From positions 3,200,001 to 3,264,000 of the forward strand of contig OZ246001.1 of the NCBI GenBank assembly GCA_965230295.1: a DNA stretch of 64,000 bases. The letters are read 5' to 3'. A program made the translations under genes and the position numbers. Positions within the stretch are counted from its first letter, which is position 1. Every line of letters begins with the position of its first letter. Shown one piece after another: positions 38,060 through 48,277 of the stretch. The stretch is from Marinicella sp. (GTDB taxonomy: Bacteria > Pseudomonadota > Gammaproteobacteria > Xanthomonadales > Marinicellaceae). The notes beneath the pieces were generated by a model. It worked only from the letters and a program-made list of their open reading frames with translations. It was not told the origin of the DNA and did not search any database.

Positions 38060-38691
38060 AAGGAATGTTCTTGGGGCTTCATTCTGATTCATGGTCTGAC
38101 AGGTCTTCATATTTGCTGCGCAAATAAACCGACCTTTACAGACTATTGTCTGAGCAGTTGCTTCGCACTGCATGTCTGTTCTAGACAAAAGTGAAAACGA
38201 CTGCTTACATGGATGTAAGTATGCAGCGATAGCAGGCAGGAATTGTTCCCAACAATTCTCTGCATTCACCCCGTCCTGGGGATCGATGCGGTAGCTGCCG
38301 AGGCGAACATGACTTGCTACCTCGCACGCACTACGGTATTCAAATCGGGCTTCTTTATCTTCGATAAAACCGCCCAACTTTCATTACCTGTGCTATAACG
38401 CCATTCACATAAGGTTTCTTGACTTCGTCAAATCACCATATGTTCATTGGCTATTCTCTTCGCCTCTGATTGGCTTACATGGAAGTAAGTCCTCTGAGGA
38501 GGCAGGATGCCGGTATCAGAGGTGACTACATGGATGTAGGTCTGCCGCGATAGCTAGGAGCGATAGCGGCCGCTATAACAAAAGCTCACGGCTAATCAAT
38601 CATTACATCAAGGCTTCTTTGCTTTGCAAAATCGCCATGATTGCATGATTTGCCTAACCGGCTCGACGGGTCAAGCCGCTCAGCAGCTTTC
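38060..38691 (+). mobile_element. Modular intergenic element, copy D (~632 bp, most heavily loaded)
   Basis: Same core as A and C, with inserts at 38085-38176, 38202-38298, 38328-38393, 38394-38456, 38472-38523, 38524-38570 and 38590-38654. Confidence 0.82.
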
Positions 38692-38721
38692 TTCTGATTG
38701 GACTCAAGCCGACTTTTCAGC

Positions 38722-40566
38722 TCAATACAGCTGATACACCCAGGCCAAAATACCAGAAAGCATGACCCAAGTGATGATGGTTAATGGCACACCAACTTTA
38801 ACAAAATCAGCAAATTTATACCCACCGGCATTCATGACCAACAGGTTGGTTTTATAAGCCATTGGAGTGGCAAAACTCAAGTTGGCACCAAACAAAACAC
38901 CCAGCACAAACGGTTCAACTGGCATGCCCAGGCGCTGTGCAATACTCACCGCAATGGGCGTACCTATCACCGCTGCTGCATTGTTGGATAATATATTGGT
39001 CATGACAGCAATGAAGAATATCAAAATGGCCAATAGCCAGGCAGGTGATAACCCATAGGTGAAGACCACAAACAGGTCGGCCAGGTAATCTGCAGCACCG
39101 GTAATGATCAAAGCCATACCCAGAGCCAGGGAAACTACAATAATCAGGATAACTTGTGCACTTAAGGCATGGGTCGCATCCCGCCACCTCAGACAGCCAG
39201 TTGCAATCAGAACAAAACAGCCAACAGTGGCACTTATGGCTATGGGCAAGAAGCCAAATGCAGCCAATCCGACCACCAGCATCATCACCATCAATGCAAT
39301 AGGCGCTTTTGATGTGTGTGGAAGTTCTTCGCCACCATCCAGTACCAGCAGTGATCCCGCATTTTTTACTTTTTTGATGGCATCATTGGAGCCTTGAACC
39401 AGCAGTACATCGCCAGCTCTGAACATCAATTCCTCAATACCTTGGGAATTGGCCATGGTTTCTTTACCATGTGAATGAACAGCCAATAAAACCAGATCAT
39501 ATTTTGATTTTAATCTGGCGTCTGCCACCCTGACCCGGTCCAACAACGAGCCACTGGTGACCACCAACTCAGCAATTGATTGATCTCCAGCGGTTAACGG
39601 GTTGGCTTCATCAACTTCAATTTCACCCGTATAAAGAGAGCCACCCAACTCAATTTCAAATTCTCTTAAGTTTTCCGAGGTGTCGTTGACCAATAAACTA
39701 TCACCGGCTTTGATCTGCACGTCTGGTAATGTGGCGATGGTGAGTTGCTCGTTGCGGACAATTTTTTGAATGGCTATCTTGCCATCTGTATGATCTCTGA
39801 TTTCAGCTACGGTTTTATTGGCTGCAAAGCCGCCTTCGTTGATTTTAATGGCAGCGGTGAAAATGCGTGGTGAGGTGTTCGCCATGGGTGGTTTTCTGTC
39901 AGGCAGGATTCTCGGAGCAATGAGCCATAAATACAAAATAGCAACCACGCTGGTGATCACCACAGGAATGGCAAAATCAAACATACCGAACTTGGGAACC
40001 CCTAAATCTTCAGCGACCTTAACCACCAGTAAGTTCGTTGAGGTACCAATGGTGGTGGCCATCCCACCCAAAAGCGTAGCCAATCCCATCGGTAACAGTG
40101 TACCCGACGTGGATTGGCCGGTTTTTATAGCAACACTGATCAATACGGGTAACAACAGTACCACGATGGGTGTGTTGTTGACAAAAGCACTGAGTACTGC
40201 ACCAGTGATTAAAGTCAACAGTAACGACAGTGACGGGCTGATTTTCCATATTTTAGCCAGCACCCGACCAATGGGTTCCATGGCGCCTGTTCTGACCAGC
40301 GCCTGGCCGGCAATCATTAAGGCACAAACAGCTATCAATGCTTCATTGCCAAACCCATGGAAAAAATTTCTAACCAGAAACAGTGAGCCATCTTTGTTGG
40401 TGAATGGAAACAGGTGGAAGCCAAGCGCCAATAAACACAAGACCAACAAGCTGGAAGTTTCAAGGGGGATTTTATCTCTTGTGAACAAGATCAATGCCAC
40501 CAAAGTCAGTATCAGTACACCGATGGCATGAGGCTGTGGTGAATTTATGATTAATTCAGATTCCAC
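38722..40566 (-). CDS. SLC13 family permease with two TrkA-C (RCK_C) domains
   Basis: SAFVNNTP, GGMATTIGTSTNLLV, LSNNAAA and ATPMAYKTNLLV, with a central soluble region. Confidence 0.93.
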   Translation of the reverse strand: MESELIINSPQPHAIGVLILTLVALILFTRDKIPLETSSLLVLCLLALGFHLFPFTNKDGSLFLVRNFFHGFGNEALIAVCALMIAGQALVRTGAMEPIGRVLAKIWKISPSLSLLLTLITGAVLSAFVNNTPIVVLLLPVLISVAIKTGQSTSGTLLPMGLATLLGGMATTIGTSTNLLVVKVAEDLGVPKFGMFDFAIPVVITSVVAILYLWLIAPRILPDRKPPMANTSPRIFTAAIKINEGGFAANKTVAEIRDHTDGKIAIQKIVRNEQLTIATLPDVQIKAGDSLLVNDTSENLREFEIELGGSLYTGEIEVDEANPLTAGDQSIAELVVTSGSLLDRVRVADARLKSKYDLVLLAVHSHGKETMANSQGIEELMFRAGDVLLVQGSNDAIKKVKNAGSLLVLDGGEELPHTSKAPIALMVMMLVVGLAAFGFLPIAISATVGCFVLIATGCLRWRDATHALSAQVILIIVVSLALGMALIITGAADYLADLFVVFTYGLSPAWLLAILIFFIAVMTNILSNNAAAVIGTPIAVSIAQRLGMPVEPFVLGVLFGANLSFATPMAYKTNLLVMNAGGYKFADFVKVGVPLTIITWVMLSGILAWVYQLY

Positions 40567-40999
40567 GTGATTAAGACTTCAAAATATCCATGATAAAAGT
40601 CTATCAAATCAGGGATAAAACTTGTGTAAAAACTGAACAGAGTTGGTTAAAAGCTTTTTTTTCAACAACTTATCAATGACGTAATAATGACATGATAGTT
40701 CGGTTTTTTTGGTAATGGGTAAAGTGTTGGCTGTCTAATTCATCCTGATTGGCAAATTATTCAGAATATTTCTTAGATTTCTGGGTGTAGAACCTTTTTT
40801 TATTCTAAACATGGTCAATGCAACATAAATTGATAAAAATGCCAATTGAGTTCAAACATTCACCACATCAGTCGTGGTATCATCTCTTGGCGAAAATTCT
40901 TACCCCCGAATTAACGCTTTTTACAAGTTTAAACAAGATGCCATTTTGTTCCCCTTATTTATCGTAATTGAATGGTATTTCATTAAGAGGAGAGATATT

Positions 41000-43900
41000 T
41001 TGAAACACAAGAGTAAACTAAGATCCAGCTTGTTGGTTTTGACTTGCTTGTTGGTTTGTCAGGCTGCCATGGCCACAACCACACGAGTGGGTGCAGAGTT
41101 TGTTGGTGAAACGGTTACCCCGGTGACTGTTACGGTTAATTTAGCCAACGGCACCAAGCCGAACCAATGGAAACCAGGTGACCCGGTCAAAGAGATCCCG
41201 ATGCGCTTTCGTCGCCCCAAAGGCTGGGAGCGTCCTGAGGCCTTGCCACGTGGCTATGGTATAGATCCCCTGGCCTTGAAACAGTGGGATGCCACACCCA
41301 GCAATGGTTTTGGTGGTGGTGCGCAGTTTGACACCCCGCTGGTCAATGTTGATGGCTTGGACTTCACAGGAGTCAATCCATCTGACACCAATGGTGATGT
41401 GGGTATTGACCACTACGTCCAATCAATCAACAACAGTGCCAGTTCAGGGATCTTGATTTTGAACAAAGCCGATGGCACCACTGCAGCGCAGTTTGTCCTT
41501 GATGACATTGCGGCAGGTTCAGGTACCGGTTGTGGGGGCGGCAGAGGCGACCCTGTGATCATGTATGACCAATACGTGGACAACGGTCCAGGTAACCCGA
41601 AAGGCCGTTGGGTGTTGACGGAGTTTACCAGCACTTCATTGTGTATTTACATATCGGTCACCGAAAGCCCGATTGGCCCCACCAATGACAGCACCTGGCA
41701 CATTTATGAGTTCAATTCAGCCTCAGGTGGCTTGCCTGATTATCCCAAGTTTGGTGTTTGGCGTGATGCTTATTACATGGGTGCCAATGAGAGCAACCGT
41801 CAGTATGCCTTTGACCGTGACAACATGATCAATGGTGATCCTGCACGTGGATACCAAGTGTTCAGCACGGTTGGTTTGCCCGGTTTTGGGTTCCAACACT
41901 TGATGCCGGCTGATGCCGATGGAGAGACATTACCGCCGGCTGGTGCGCCGGGTATTTTCATGCGACACCGCGATGCACAGTACCACGGTGATCCAGGCAG
42001 TGATGTGTTGGAGATTTGGGAGTTTACCACCGATTTTGACAACCCTGGCAACAGTGCGATCACCGGTCCGATCAACATCGATGTTTCAGATTTTGATACC
42101 AATTTGGGTGGCACCAACTTTGGTGATTTATCGGTACCACAGCCCGATGGTGCGACCAACCTGTTTCCCTTGAAGCAGCCATTGATGTGGCGTGTTCAGC
42201 ACAGGACATTGGATGACAAGCAATATTTGATTGGAAACATGACCACGGATGTGAATGGTAATGATTACCATGGTGTACGTTGGTGGATTTTAGAGCGTCC
42301 GGCGGCGAGTACGGCCGGCGGTTGGATCTTGTCTGATGAGGGCACTTACACATCAGGTGATGGCATCACCACGGGAGATGGTGTACACCGTTGGATGGCG
42401 TCAGCGGCGATGGATGGTTCAGGCAACGTGGCCATTGGTTACAACACTTCATCGGTGGCAGGTAACAACAACTCGGCAGCTGATGTTTATGCGGGTATGC
42501 GTTATGCGGGTCGATTGGCCTCGGATCCTGCTGGGACGATGCCACGTGGTGAGAACTCGATCATTGAGGGTACGGCATCGAACTCCTCGGGTCGTTATGG
42601 TGATTACACCTCATTGAGTGTTGATCCTGTTGATGAGTGTACCTTCTGGTATACGGCCCAGTACAACACGTCGGGAAATTGGTCGACCCGAGTGGCTTCA
42701 TTCAGGTTTGAGCAATGTGGTTGTTTGTTAAGTATTGATCCTGTTACATTGACATCGGTCAATGCCGACAGTGACAACAACATCAATGTGGCTTGGGATG
42801 ATGCCCCTAATGCAGAAATCACCGAGTATCGGATTTACCGATCAACCACACCAGGTGCTGGTTATGTGTTGATTGACACTGTGGTAGACACCTCACCGGG
42901 TGTAGCCAATTCAGGCTTGTATGATTATGATGACAACAGCGTATCAGCTGGAACCACTTATTACTATGTGGTTCGTTCATCAGATGGTGCCGCCTGTTCC
43001 AGTGCCAACTCTGTTGAATTGTCAGCCACTGCGACAGGTTTGTGTACTTTGGCCCCGGATTTCAATGGTGTGGTCAGTGCGTCCAATAATGCCGCAGCAA
43101 CTTGTGGTATTACAGTCGACTGGACTGCGGGCAGCAGTTTATGCCCAGCCGGTTCAGGTGATCTGACTTATTCGGTTTATCGCTCTACAGATCCTGGTTT
43201 TGTCCCTTCATTGGCCAACCAAATTGCCACTGGCTTGGATGTATTGATCTATGATGATCAAGATCCGGGTTTGGTTTCAGACACTGATTATTACTATGTA
43301 GTGAGGGCCACTGATACTGATAACAGCTTGGAAGAAAGCAATGATGAGGTTGTATCAGCCTTCCCAACAGGAAGTATCACTCCGCAAGTGTTCTTGGAAG
43401 ACTTGAATGCTTACGCCGATATCACTGATGCTCAGGCTGCTGGCTGGTCTACTGTTGCTGATCAGGGTGTCAATGATTGGCGCATCGAGATTGGTGATGA
43501 CAATCCCAATGGCCCATCCAACGGCAGTGGCAGTGCATTCGTGTCTACTGATGTGGCAACGGCCGCTGATAAATCATTGATCACTAAATCTTTTTCACCA
43601 TCAGTCACTTCTGTGTTGAGTTTTTATCACAAACACGATTTTGAATTTGATCCAACTCCTTGGGATGGTGGTGTACTTGAGATCACTTTCGATGGAGGCA
43701 ACAACTGGCAAGATTTGGGTGGACAAATTACCCAAGGCGGTTACAACGTAACCTTAAATGGTAGTGGTGGTGCCAACCCATTAGGAGCGGTTCCTGCATG
43801 GGGTGGTTTACAAGCAACATATACACAAGTCTTGGTTGACCTGGGCCCCTATGCCGGGCAGTTGGTTCAAGTCAGGTGGCGCATGGGTACAGATGCCTTT

Positions 43901-44011
43901 GTAGGTGCGGGAGACTGGGAAATCGATGACATTGAAATCACAGATTCTGGTTCTTTTGGTGTGTGTAATTTGCCACCGAGCGATCTTATTTTTGAAAACG
44001 GATTTGATTAA
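41000..44011 (+). CDS. Large secreted protein with FN3 domains, MAM/jelly-roll-like domain and DLIFENGFD tag
   Basis: TTG start at 41000 after a GAGGAG RBS, signal peptide, PSDTNGDVG..DYPK..RYGDY N-terminal domain, two YRS..YYYVVR FN3 units, and a WDGGVLE..WEIDDI domain. Confidence 0.88.
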   Translation: MKHKSKLRSSLLVLTCLLVCQAAMATTTRVGAEFVGETVTPVTVTVNLANGTKPNQWKPGDPVKEIPMRFRRPKGWERPEALPRGYGIDPLALKQWDATPSNGFGGGAQFDTPLVNVDGLDFTGVNPSDTNGDVGIDHYVQSINNSASSGILILNKADGTTAAQFVLDDIAAGSGTGCGGGRGDPVIMYDQYVDNGPGNPKGRWVLTEFTSTSLCIYISVTESPIGPTNDSTWHIYEFNSASGGLPDYPKFGVWRDAYYMGANESNRQYAFDRDNMINGDPARGYQVFSTVGLPGFGFQHLMPADADGETLPPAGAPGIFMRHRDAQYHGDPGSDVLEIWEFTTDFDNPGNSAITGPINIDVSDFDTNLGGTNFGDLSVPQPDGATNLFPLKQPLMWRVQHRTLDDKQYLIGNMTTDVNGNDYHGVRWWILERPAASTAGGWILSDEGTYTSGDGITTGDGVHRWMASAAMDGSGNVAIGYNTSSVAGNNNSAADVYAGMRYAGRLASDPAGTMPRGENSIIEGTASNSSGRYGDYTSLSVDPVDECTFWYTAQYNTSGNWSTRVASFRFEQCGCLLSIDPVTLTSVNADSDNNINVAWDDAPNAEITEYRIYRSTTPGAGYVLIDTVVDTSPGVANSGLYDYDDNSVSAGTTYYYVVRSSDGAACSSANSVELSATATGLCTLAPDFNGVVSASNNAAATCGITVDWTAGSSLCPAGSGDLTYSVYRSTDPGFVPSLANQIATGLDVLIYDDQDPGLVSDTDYYYVVRATDTDNSLEESNDEVVSAFPTGSITPQVFLEDLNAYADITDAQAAGWSTVADQGVNDWRIEIGDDNPNGPSNGSGSAFVSTDVATAADKSLITKSFSPSVTSVLSFYHKHDFEFDPTPWDGGVLEITFDGGNNWQDLGGQITQGGYNVTLNGSGGANPLGAVPAWGGLQATYTQVLVDLGPYAGQLVQVRWRMGTDAFVGAGDWEIDDIEITDSGSFGVCNLPPSDLIFENGFD

Positions 44012-44035
44012 ATAAACCCACACCAGTCATTAAGA

Positions 44036-44071
44036 AAGGCCAGCGTGATTTGTCATGTTGGTCTTTTTTTT
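44036..44071 (+). terminator. Rho-independent terminator
   Basis: AAGGCCAGCGTGA-TTTG-TCATGTTGGTCTT followed by a T run, just after the stop at 44011. Confidence 0.8.
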
Positions 44072-44124
44072 CCCAAAAAAGTATCAAAAAAGGGCGCCAT
44101 GGGGGTTTCAGTCAATTATTTGGG

Positions 44125-44152
44125 TGACAGTGAATATCAATAACTTTCGTAT
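44125..44152 (+). promoter_or_regulatory. Candidate ECF promoter TGACAGT-N16-CGTAT
   Basis: Upstream of the kinase-ECF pair. The same boxes and spacing recur at 47458-47485. Confidence 0.65.
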
Positions 44153-44197
44153 AAACTATATAAGCAATCTAATGGAAAGTTAACCCGGTAATAAGAA

Positions 44198-46849
44198 ATG
44201 AATTCAGAACATTGGAAAAAGGCAATGAGTCATTATGATCAACTGATCAAAATGACTGAGACTGAAAGAGCAAAAGAACTGAGCGCCATTCAGGCAAGTG
44301 ACCCTCCATTGGCAGATGTCTTGATTAAAATGTTTGAGTCTGAAAAAAAACCTCAATTCTTACAGCATGCACCTGAGATTTCGATTGAAGAAATATGGAC
44401 GCAAAATATAAAACCAAACTTTGGTCGTTATAACATCATTGAAAAAGTGGCATTGGGTGGCATGGGAAGAATTTATAAGGCCCAATTAGAGGAAAGTGAT
44501 GTCATTATTCACGTGGCCTTAAAAATGATTCGCAGTGAGCTGTTAAGCGATTCAATGTTCAATCGGTTTCAAGCTGAAAAGAATATATTGTCCGGATTGG
44601 ATCATCCGAATATAGCTGCATTGGTTGATGCCGGTGTGGTAGGTGACATACCGTACTTGGCAACAGCATGGTTTGATGGTCAGCCTTTGAACCGTTATAT
44701 CAAGGATCGGGGCCTTGCGATCAATGAAAAACTGAAGTTATTTTTTCAAGTGTGTGAAGCAGTGATTTATGCCCATGGTCGCTTGGTTATTCATCGGGAC
44801 TTGAAACCAGGAAATATACTTGTTAATGAAGAAGGTACAGTAAAACTTTTGGATTTTGGCATTGCCAAGATGTTGAATGAAAGTCAACATGATGCCACCC
44901 ACACCCATGTTTTCACTCCGGACTATGCAGCACCAGAGCAAATCAACGGCCAGCCGTGTACCACTGCCACTGATGTTTACGCTTTAGGTGTGTTGTTGAA
45001 AGAACTGCTGACCGAAAGCAATCGATTTGAATTCGAAGACATTTCAATTGCATCAAAAATCGAACAAATTTTATCCAATGAAGTGATATTGGCCAGCCAG
45101 TTGGCCAAATCCAATGGCAATCTGGTGATGGCTCAGAAATTGACAGGCCCATTGGATAAGATCATTGCTAAGGCCATGCATGTTGACATAGATCGTCGCT
45201 ACCAATCGGTTGCTGAAATGATGGATGATTTGATCAGGTATAAAAAACATTTACCCATCAAGGCCATGGGCGATGGTTGGTTTTATCGGACTCGCATGTT
45301 TTGGAAGCGGAATGCATGGTCTGGCGCATTTTCGATGCTTTTCGTCATGTCTCTGTTGGTCGGAATGACGGTGAGCTTGAAGCAAAGAAATGAAGCGGTC
45401 ATGGCACAACAAGCAACCTTGATTGAAGCGGAGAAAAACCAACAAATCGTCAACTTTTTCAGAACGATGTTCAATCAAGCGGCTCCATTAGAGGGTGGTC
45501 TTGCTAACATCAGTGTGCAAGAAATGCTCCAAAAAGGTTATGAGGACTTTGACTTTAACCTCATTGATAATCCGGAAACCAAAGCCTATGTTGCTTCACA
45601 AATGGGCTTGCTGTTTGCTGAATTCAGCGATTTTGAAAAACAGCATCATTTGTATGATCTGGCAGCTACAGCTGTGGCCGCTGATTTAGATAATTATGGC
45701 AGTATTTATCTACACCATGCAAATTTTGCAGCCAGTGCTTTGAATGACATGGAACAGCCGCAAGCTGCGATTGAATATATTGAAAAAGCATTGGAATTAT
45801 TAGCCGATATTGAAATAGACTCCAGTAAACGAGCCGAATCAAAACTACATATCGGGAGTTTTTACATGGCATTGGGTCAAGAAGAATCGGCCTTGCAAGA
45901 ATTCATGTCTGTGGAATCGTTTTCTAAGCAACATGATCTGGATGAACAATTGGCCAAAAGTTTTTACTATCAGCACATCTTACAACAGGATAAATTAAGT
46001 CCCGCTGAATCCCTGGAGTTGCTGGAGCAAGCCAGGGCACTGATGATCCAACAACCCAAAGAAAACATAAATATGTTGTTTAGCATCAACAACTCTTTGG
46101 CGTTGCGTTATAAAGATCAGGGCAAATTTCGTTCATGCATCGACTTGTTGAGTGAAGTGGACCATGAATACCGCAATATATATGGCGTTTCGAGTGAAGA
46201 TCATTTGATCAATTTAGCTGATGCACATTTTTATGTAGGTGATTTTGAGCAAGTGGTTGATTTAACAACAAGAGCCATTGCTATCATGCAAGACAAACAA
46301 ATCAATACAGGGTTTGTCTATATGGCGGCCTTGATCATTCAAGCCAGGAGCTTAACGGAATTAAGACAATTCATTGCAGCGGAAGCCAATTATCAGGCTG
46401 CATTACAATTTTTTAATGAAAAATTTCCCAAAGACCACATAGCCGTGGTCACCCTGAATGGGTATTGGATTGATTTTATCGTGAAATCCAATCGAGGTGA
46501 CATGCCTGATCAGCAAGCCTTGAGTCAGATCAACACTTCGGCAGAACAACAACTCAATGCATCAGATCGATCAAAACACAGGTATGTGAATGCGAAGGTT
46601 ATTGCTGCAACGGCTCTTTGGCATTCAGGGCATTTAGCAGCAGCAGAGGAGATGCTGATGCAAGCTTTTGACCAGCATCCCATGCCTGAATCATCAGAAG
46701 ATTGGCGGGTGTCATTGATGATTGCTGGAATTGAACAACTTCGTAAGGACCTGGGAAAGCCTTATGATGATCAAATTAAAAAACTTCATGAACAACAATT
46801 ATTTGCCCAAATTGGTCAGGATCACTGGTATCATGACTTTTTCAAATGA
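44198..46849 (+). CDS. Membrane Ser/Thr protein kinase with periplasmic TPR-like domain
   Basis: GGMGRIY, VALK, HRDLKPGN, DFG, YAAPEQ and DVYALG, followed by a TM helix and helical repeats. Confidence 0.95.
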   Translation: MNSEHWKKAMSHYDQLIKMTETERAKELSAIQASDPPLADVLIKMFESEKKPQFLQHAPEISIEEIWTQNIKPNFGRYNIIEKVALGGMGRIYKAQLEESDVIIHVALKMIRSELLSDSMFNRFQAEKNILSGLDHPNIAALVDAGVVGDIPYLATAWFDGQPLNRYIKDRGLAINEKLKLFFQVCEAVIYAHGRLVIHRDLKPGNILVNEEGTVKLLDFGIAKMLNESQHDATHTHVFTPDYAAPEQINGQPCTTATDVYALGVLLKELLTESNRFEFEDISIASKIEQILSNEVILASQLAKSNGNLVMAQKLTGPLDKIIAKAMHVDIDRRYQSVAEMMDDLIRYKKHLPIKAMGDGWFYRTRMFWKRNAWSGAFSMLFVMSLLVGMTVSLKQRNEAVMAQQATLIEAEKNQQIVNFFRTMFNQAAPLEGGLANISVQEMLQKGYEDFDFNLIDNPETKAYVASQMGLLFAEFSDFEKQHHLYDLAATAVAADLDNYGSIYLHHANFAASALNDMEQPQAAIEYIEKALELLADIEIDSSKRAESKLHIGSFYMALGQEESALQEFMSVESFSKQHDLDEQLAKSFYYQHILQQDKLSPAESLELLEQARALMIQQPKENINMLFSINNSLALRYKDQGKFRSCIDLLSEVDHEYRNIYGVSSEDHLINLADAHFYVGDFEQVVDLTTRAIAIMQDKQINTGFVYMAALIIQARSLTELRQFIAAEANYQAALQFFNEKFPKDHIAVVTLNGYWIDFIVKSNRGDMPDQQALSQINTSAEQQLNASDRSKHRYVNAKVIAATALWHSGHLAAAEEMLMQAFDQHPMPESSEDWRVSLMIAGIEQLRKDLGKPYDDQIKKLHEQQLFAQIGQDHWYHDFFK

Positions 46850-46863
46850 CTCGATGTTAAATC

Positions 46864-47427
46864 TTGCTTGAAATCAATCAAATCACTCAGTTTTTAAACC
46901 AAAATGACCTTGATGATTCTGCATGGGAGCAAGTGTTGCCTATTGTTTACAAACAACTCAAACATTTGGCCAGAAAAATTAAGGCAGATCACAAAGCCAG
47001 TCCGACATTGAACACAACAGCCCTGGTGCATGATGTTTATTTGAAAATTAAAAAAAGTGGTTCACTGAATATTCAAGGGCGTAAACATTTTTATCGATTA
47101 GCGGCTAAGGCCATGCGCCAAATATTAATTGATGCCGCCAGAGCCAAGCAAACTGGCAAAAGAGCAGGGCATGTTGTTGAATGGGAAGATGATTTAGCCA
47201 TCAGTATCCATGATCATCCCAATTGCTCCAACGATGACTTACTGGTTATTGATCAAGCCCTGATTCAATTGAACTCAATTGACCCTAAAATGGTTGAGCT
47301 TATTGAGTTGCATTTTTTTGCCGGGTATGGATTTGCACAAGTGGCTGAGATCATGGAAACCTCGGAAAGCACCGTTTTTCGGATGTGGAAAAAAGCAAGG
47401 GCGCTTTTGTACGCACATATCTATTAA
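46864..47427 (+). CDS. ECF sigma factor of the Ser/Thr-kinase-associated type (TIGR02999-like)
   Basis: VYKQLKHLA, TLNTTALVH, AMRQILIDAAR and ELHFFAG..WKKARA. Confidence 0.92.
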   Translation: MLEINQITQFLNQNDLDDSAWEQVLPIVYKQLKHLARKIKADHKASPTLNTTALVHDVYLKIKKSGSLNIQGRKHFYRLAAKAMRQILIDAARAKQTGKRAGHVVEWEDDLAISIHDHPNCSNDDLLVIDQALIQLNSIDPKMVELIELHFFAGYGFAQVAEIMETSESTVFRMWKKARALLYAHIY

Positions 47428-47457
47428 ACAGACACCATCAATTTTTTTACATTTTCT

Positions 47458-47485
47458 TGACAGTTAAATGCAGCCTATCCCGTAT
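47458..47485 (+). promoter_or_regulatory. Candidate ECF promoter TGACAGT-N16-CGTAT
   Basis: Ends 33 bp upstream of ATG 47519 and matches 44125-44152. Confidence 0.65.
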
Positions 47486-47518
47486 GGGGGAAGACTAAAT
47501 TTAACAAAGGAGAAAATC

Positions 47519-48277
47519 ATGAAAAAAATGATCACAGGTTTGTTGTTGCTTGCCTCATTGAATGTATGGGCCAAACCAGGACAATATCAAATCAATCAGG
47601 CTTGTCTATCTGTAGGTTGTTTCGCTGGTGACAACCCGGCAACCGACACCGTTGAAATCACCCAATCTGCAGGTACATTCATTTTAACCAGCAACCTCAC
47701 TGTTGATTCCAATGGAGCGCCTGCTATTTTGGTAGATAACAGTTTAGGTGCTTCTTCAGTGGTTATTGATTTGAATGGCTTTCGTATCCACCACAGTGGA
47801 ATTGCTGACACGAATACACATGGGATACAGGTTTTAGGCCAAAACAGCATGGTGACCATAAAAAATGGTCAAATTTCTGCCTTTCAAGATGGTGTTCAAG
47901 CACTTGAAGGGGCCGGGTTGTTGGTGCAAAACATGACATTTCGAATCAACAGAGATGATGGCATCTCATTAACCCGCGGTCGCATTGAAAACAGTGTGTT
48001 TCATGCCAATGAATATGGCGTATTTGCTGTTACAGGTCCTGGTGGAGCCGGTTTAGAAGAATTGAGCAAAAAGGTGATGCTTGTTGCTAATTTGTTCTCA
48101 GATGTCACAGTTGATCAAAGGAGTACTGCAGGTTTCTCCAGTGACGGTTATTGTAAAGACAATGTAGTCACTATTCAGGACCCCAATCAGTTTGGTCAAT
48201 GTACTTTGGTAGGAGAAAATCGCTGTGATGGTGCATTATGTAGCGTCAACAGAAGCCACTTTAAAACCGAGGAATGA
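47519..48277 (+). CDS. Secreted beta-helix-like protein
   Basis: AGGAG RBS, then MKKMITGLLLLASLNVWA. INQACLSVGCFAGD..FILTSNL..VVIDLNGF..VTIKNG. Confidence 0.85.
   Translation: MKKMITGLLLLASLNVWAKPGQYQINQACLSVGCFAGDNPATDTVEITQSAGTFILTSNLTVDSNGAPAILVDNSLGASSVVIDLNGFRIHHSGIADTNTHGIQVLGQNSMVTIKNGQISAFQDGVQALEGAGLLVQNMTFRINRDDGISLTRGRIENSVFHANEYGVFAVTGPGGAGLEELSKKVMLVANLFSDVTVDQRSTAGFSSDGYCKDNVVTIQDPNQFGQCTLVGENRCDGALCSVNRSHFKTEE

Noticed and set aside
39818-40531. 237-aa plus-strand ORF
   Set aside because: Antisense shadow of the well-supported SLC13 permease.
43982-44011. Terminal tag as a BAM beta-signal
   Set aside because: The Phe is not the last residue, the carriers are not beta-barrels, and the motif also occurs N-terminally.
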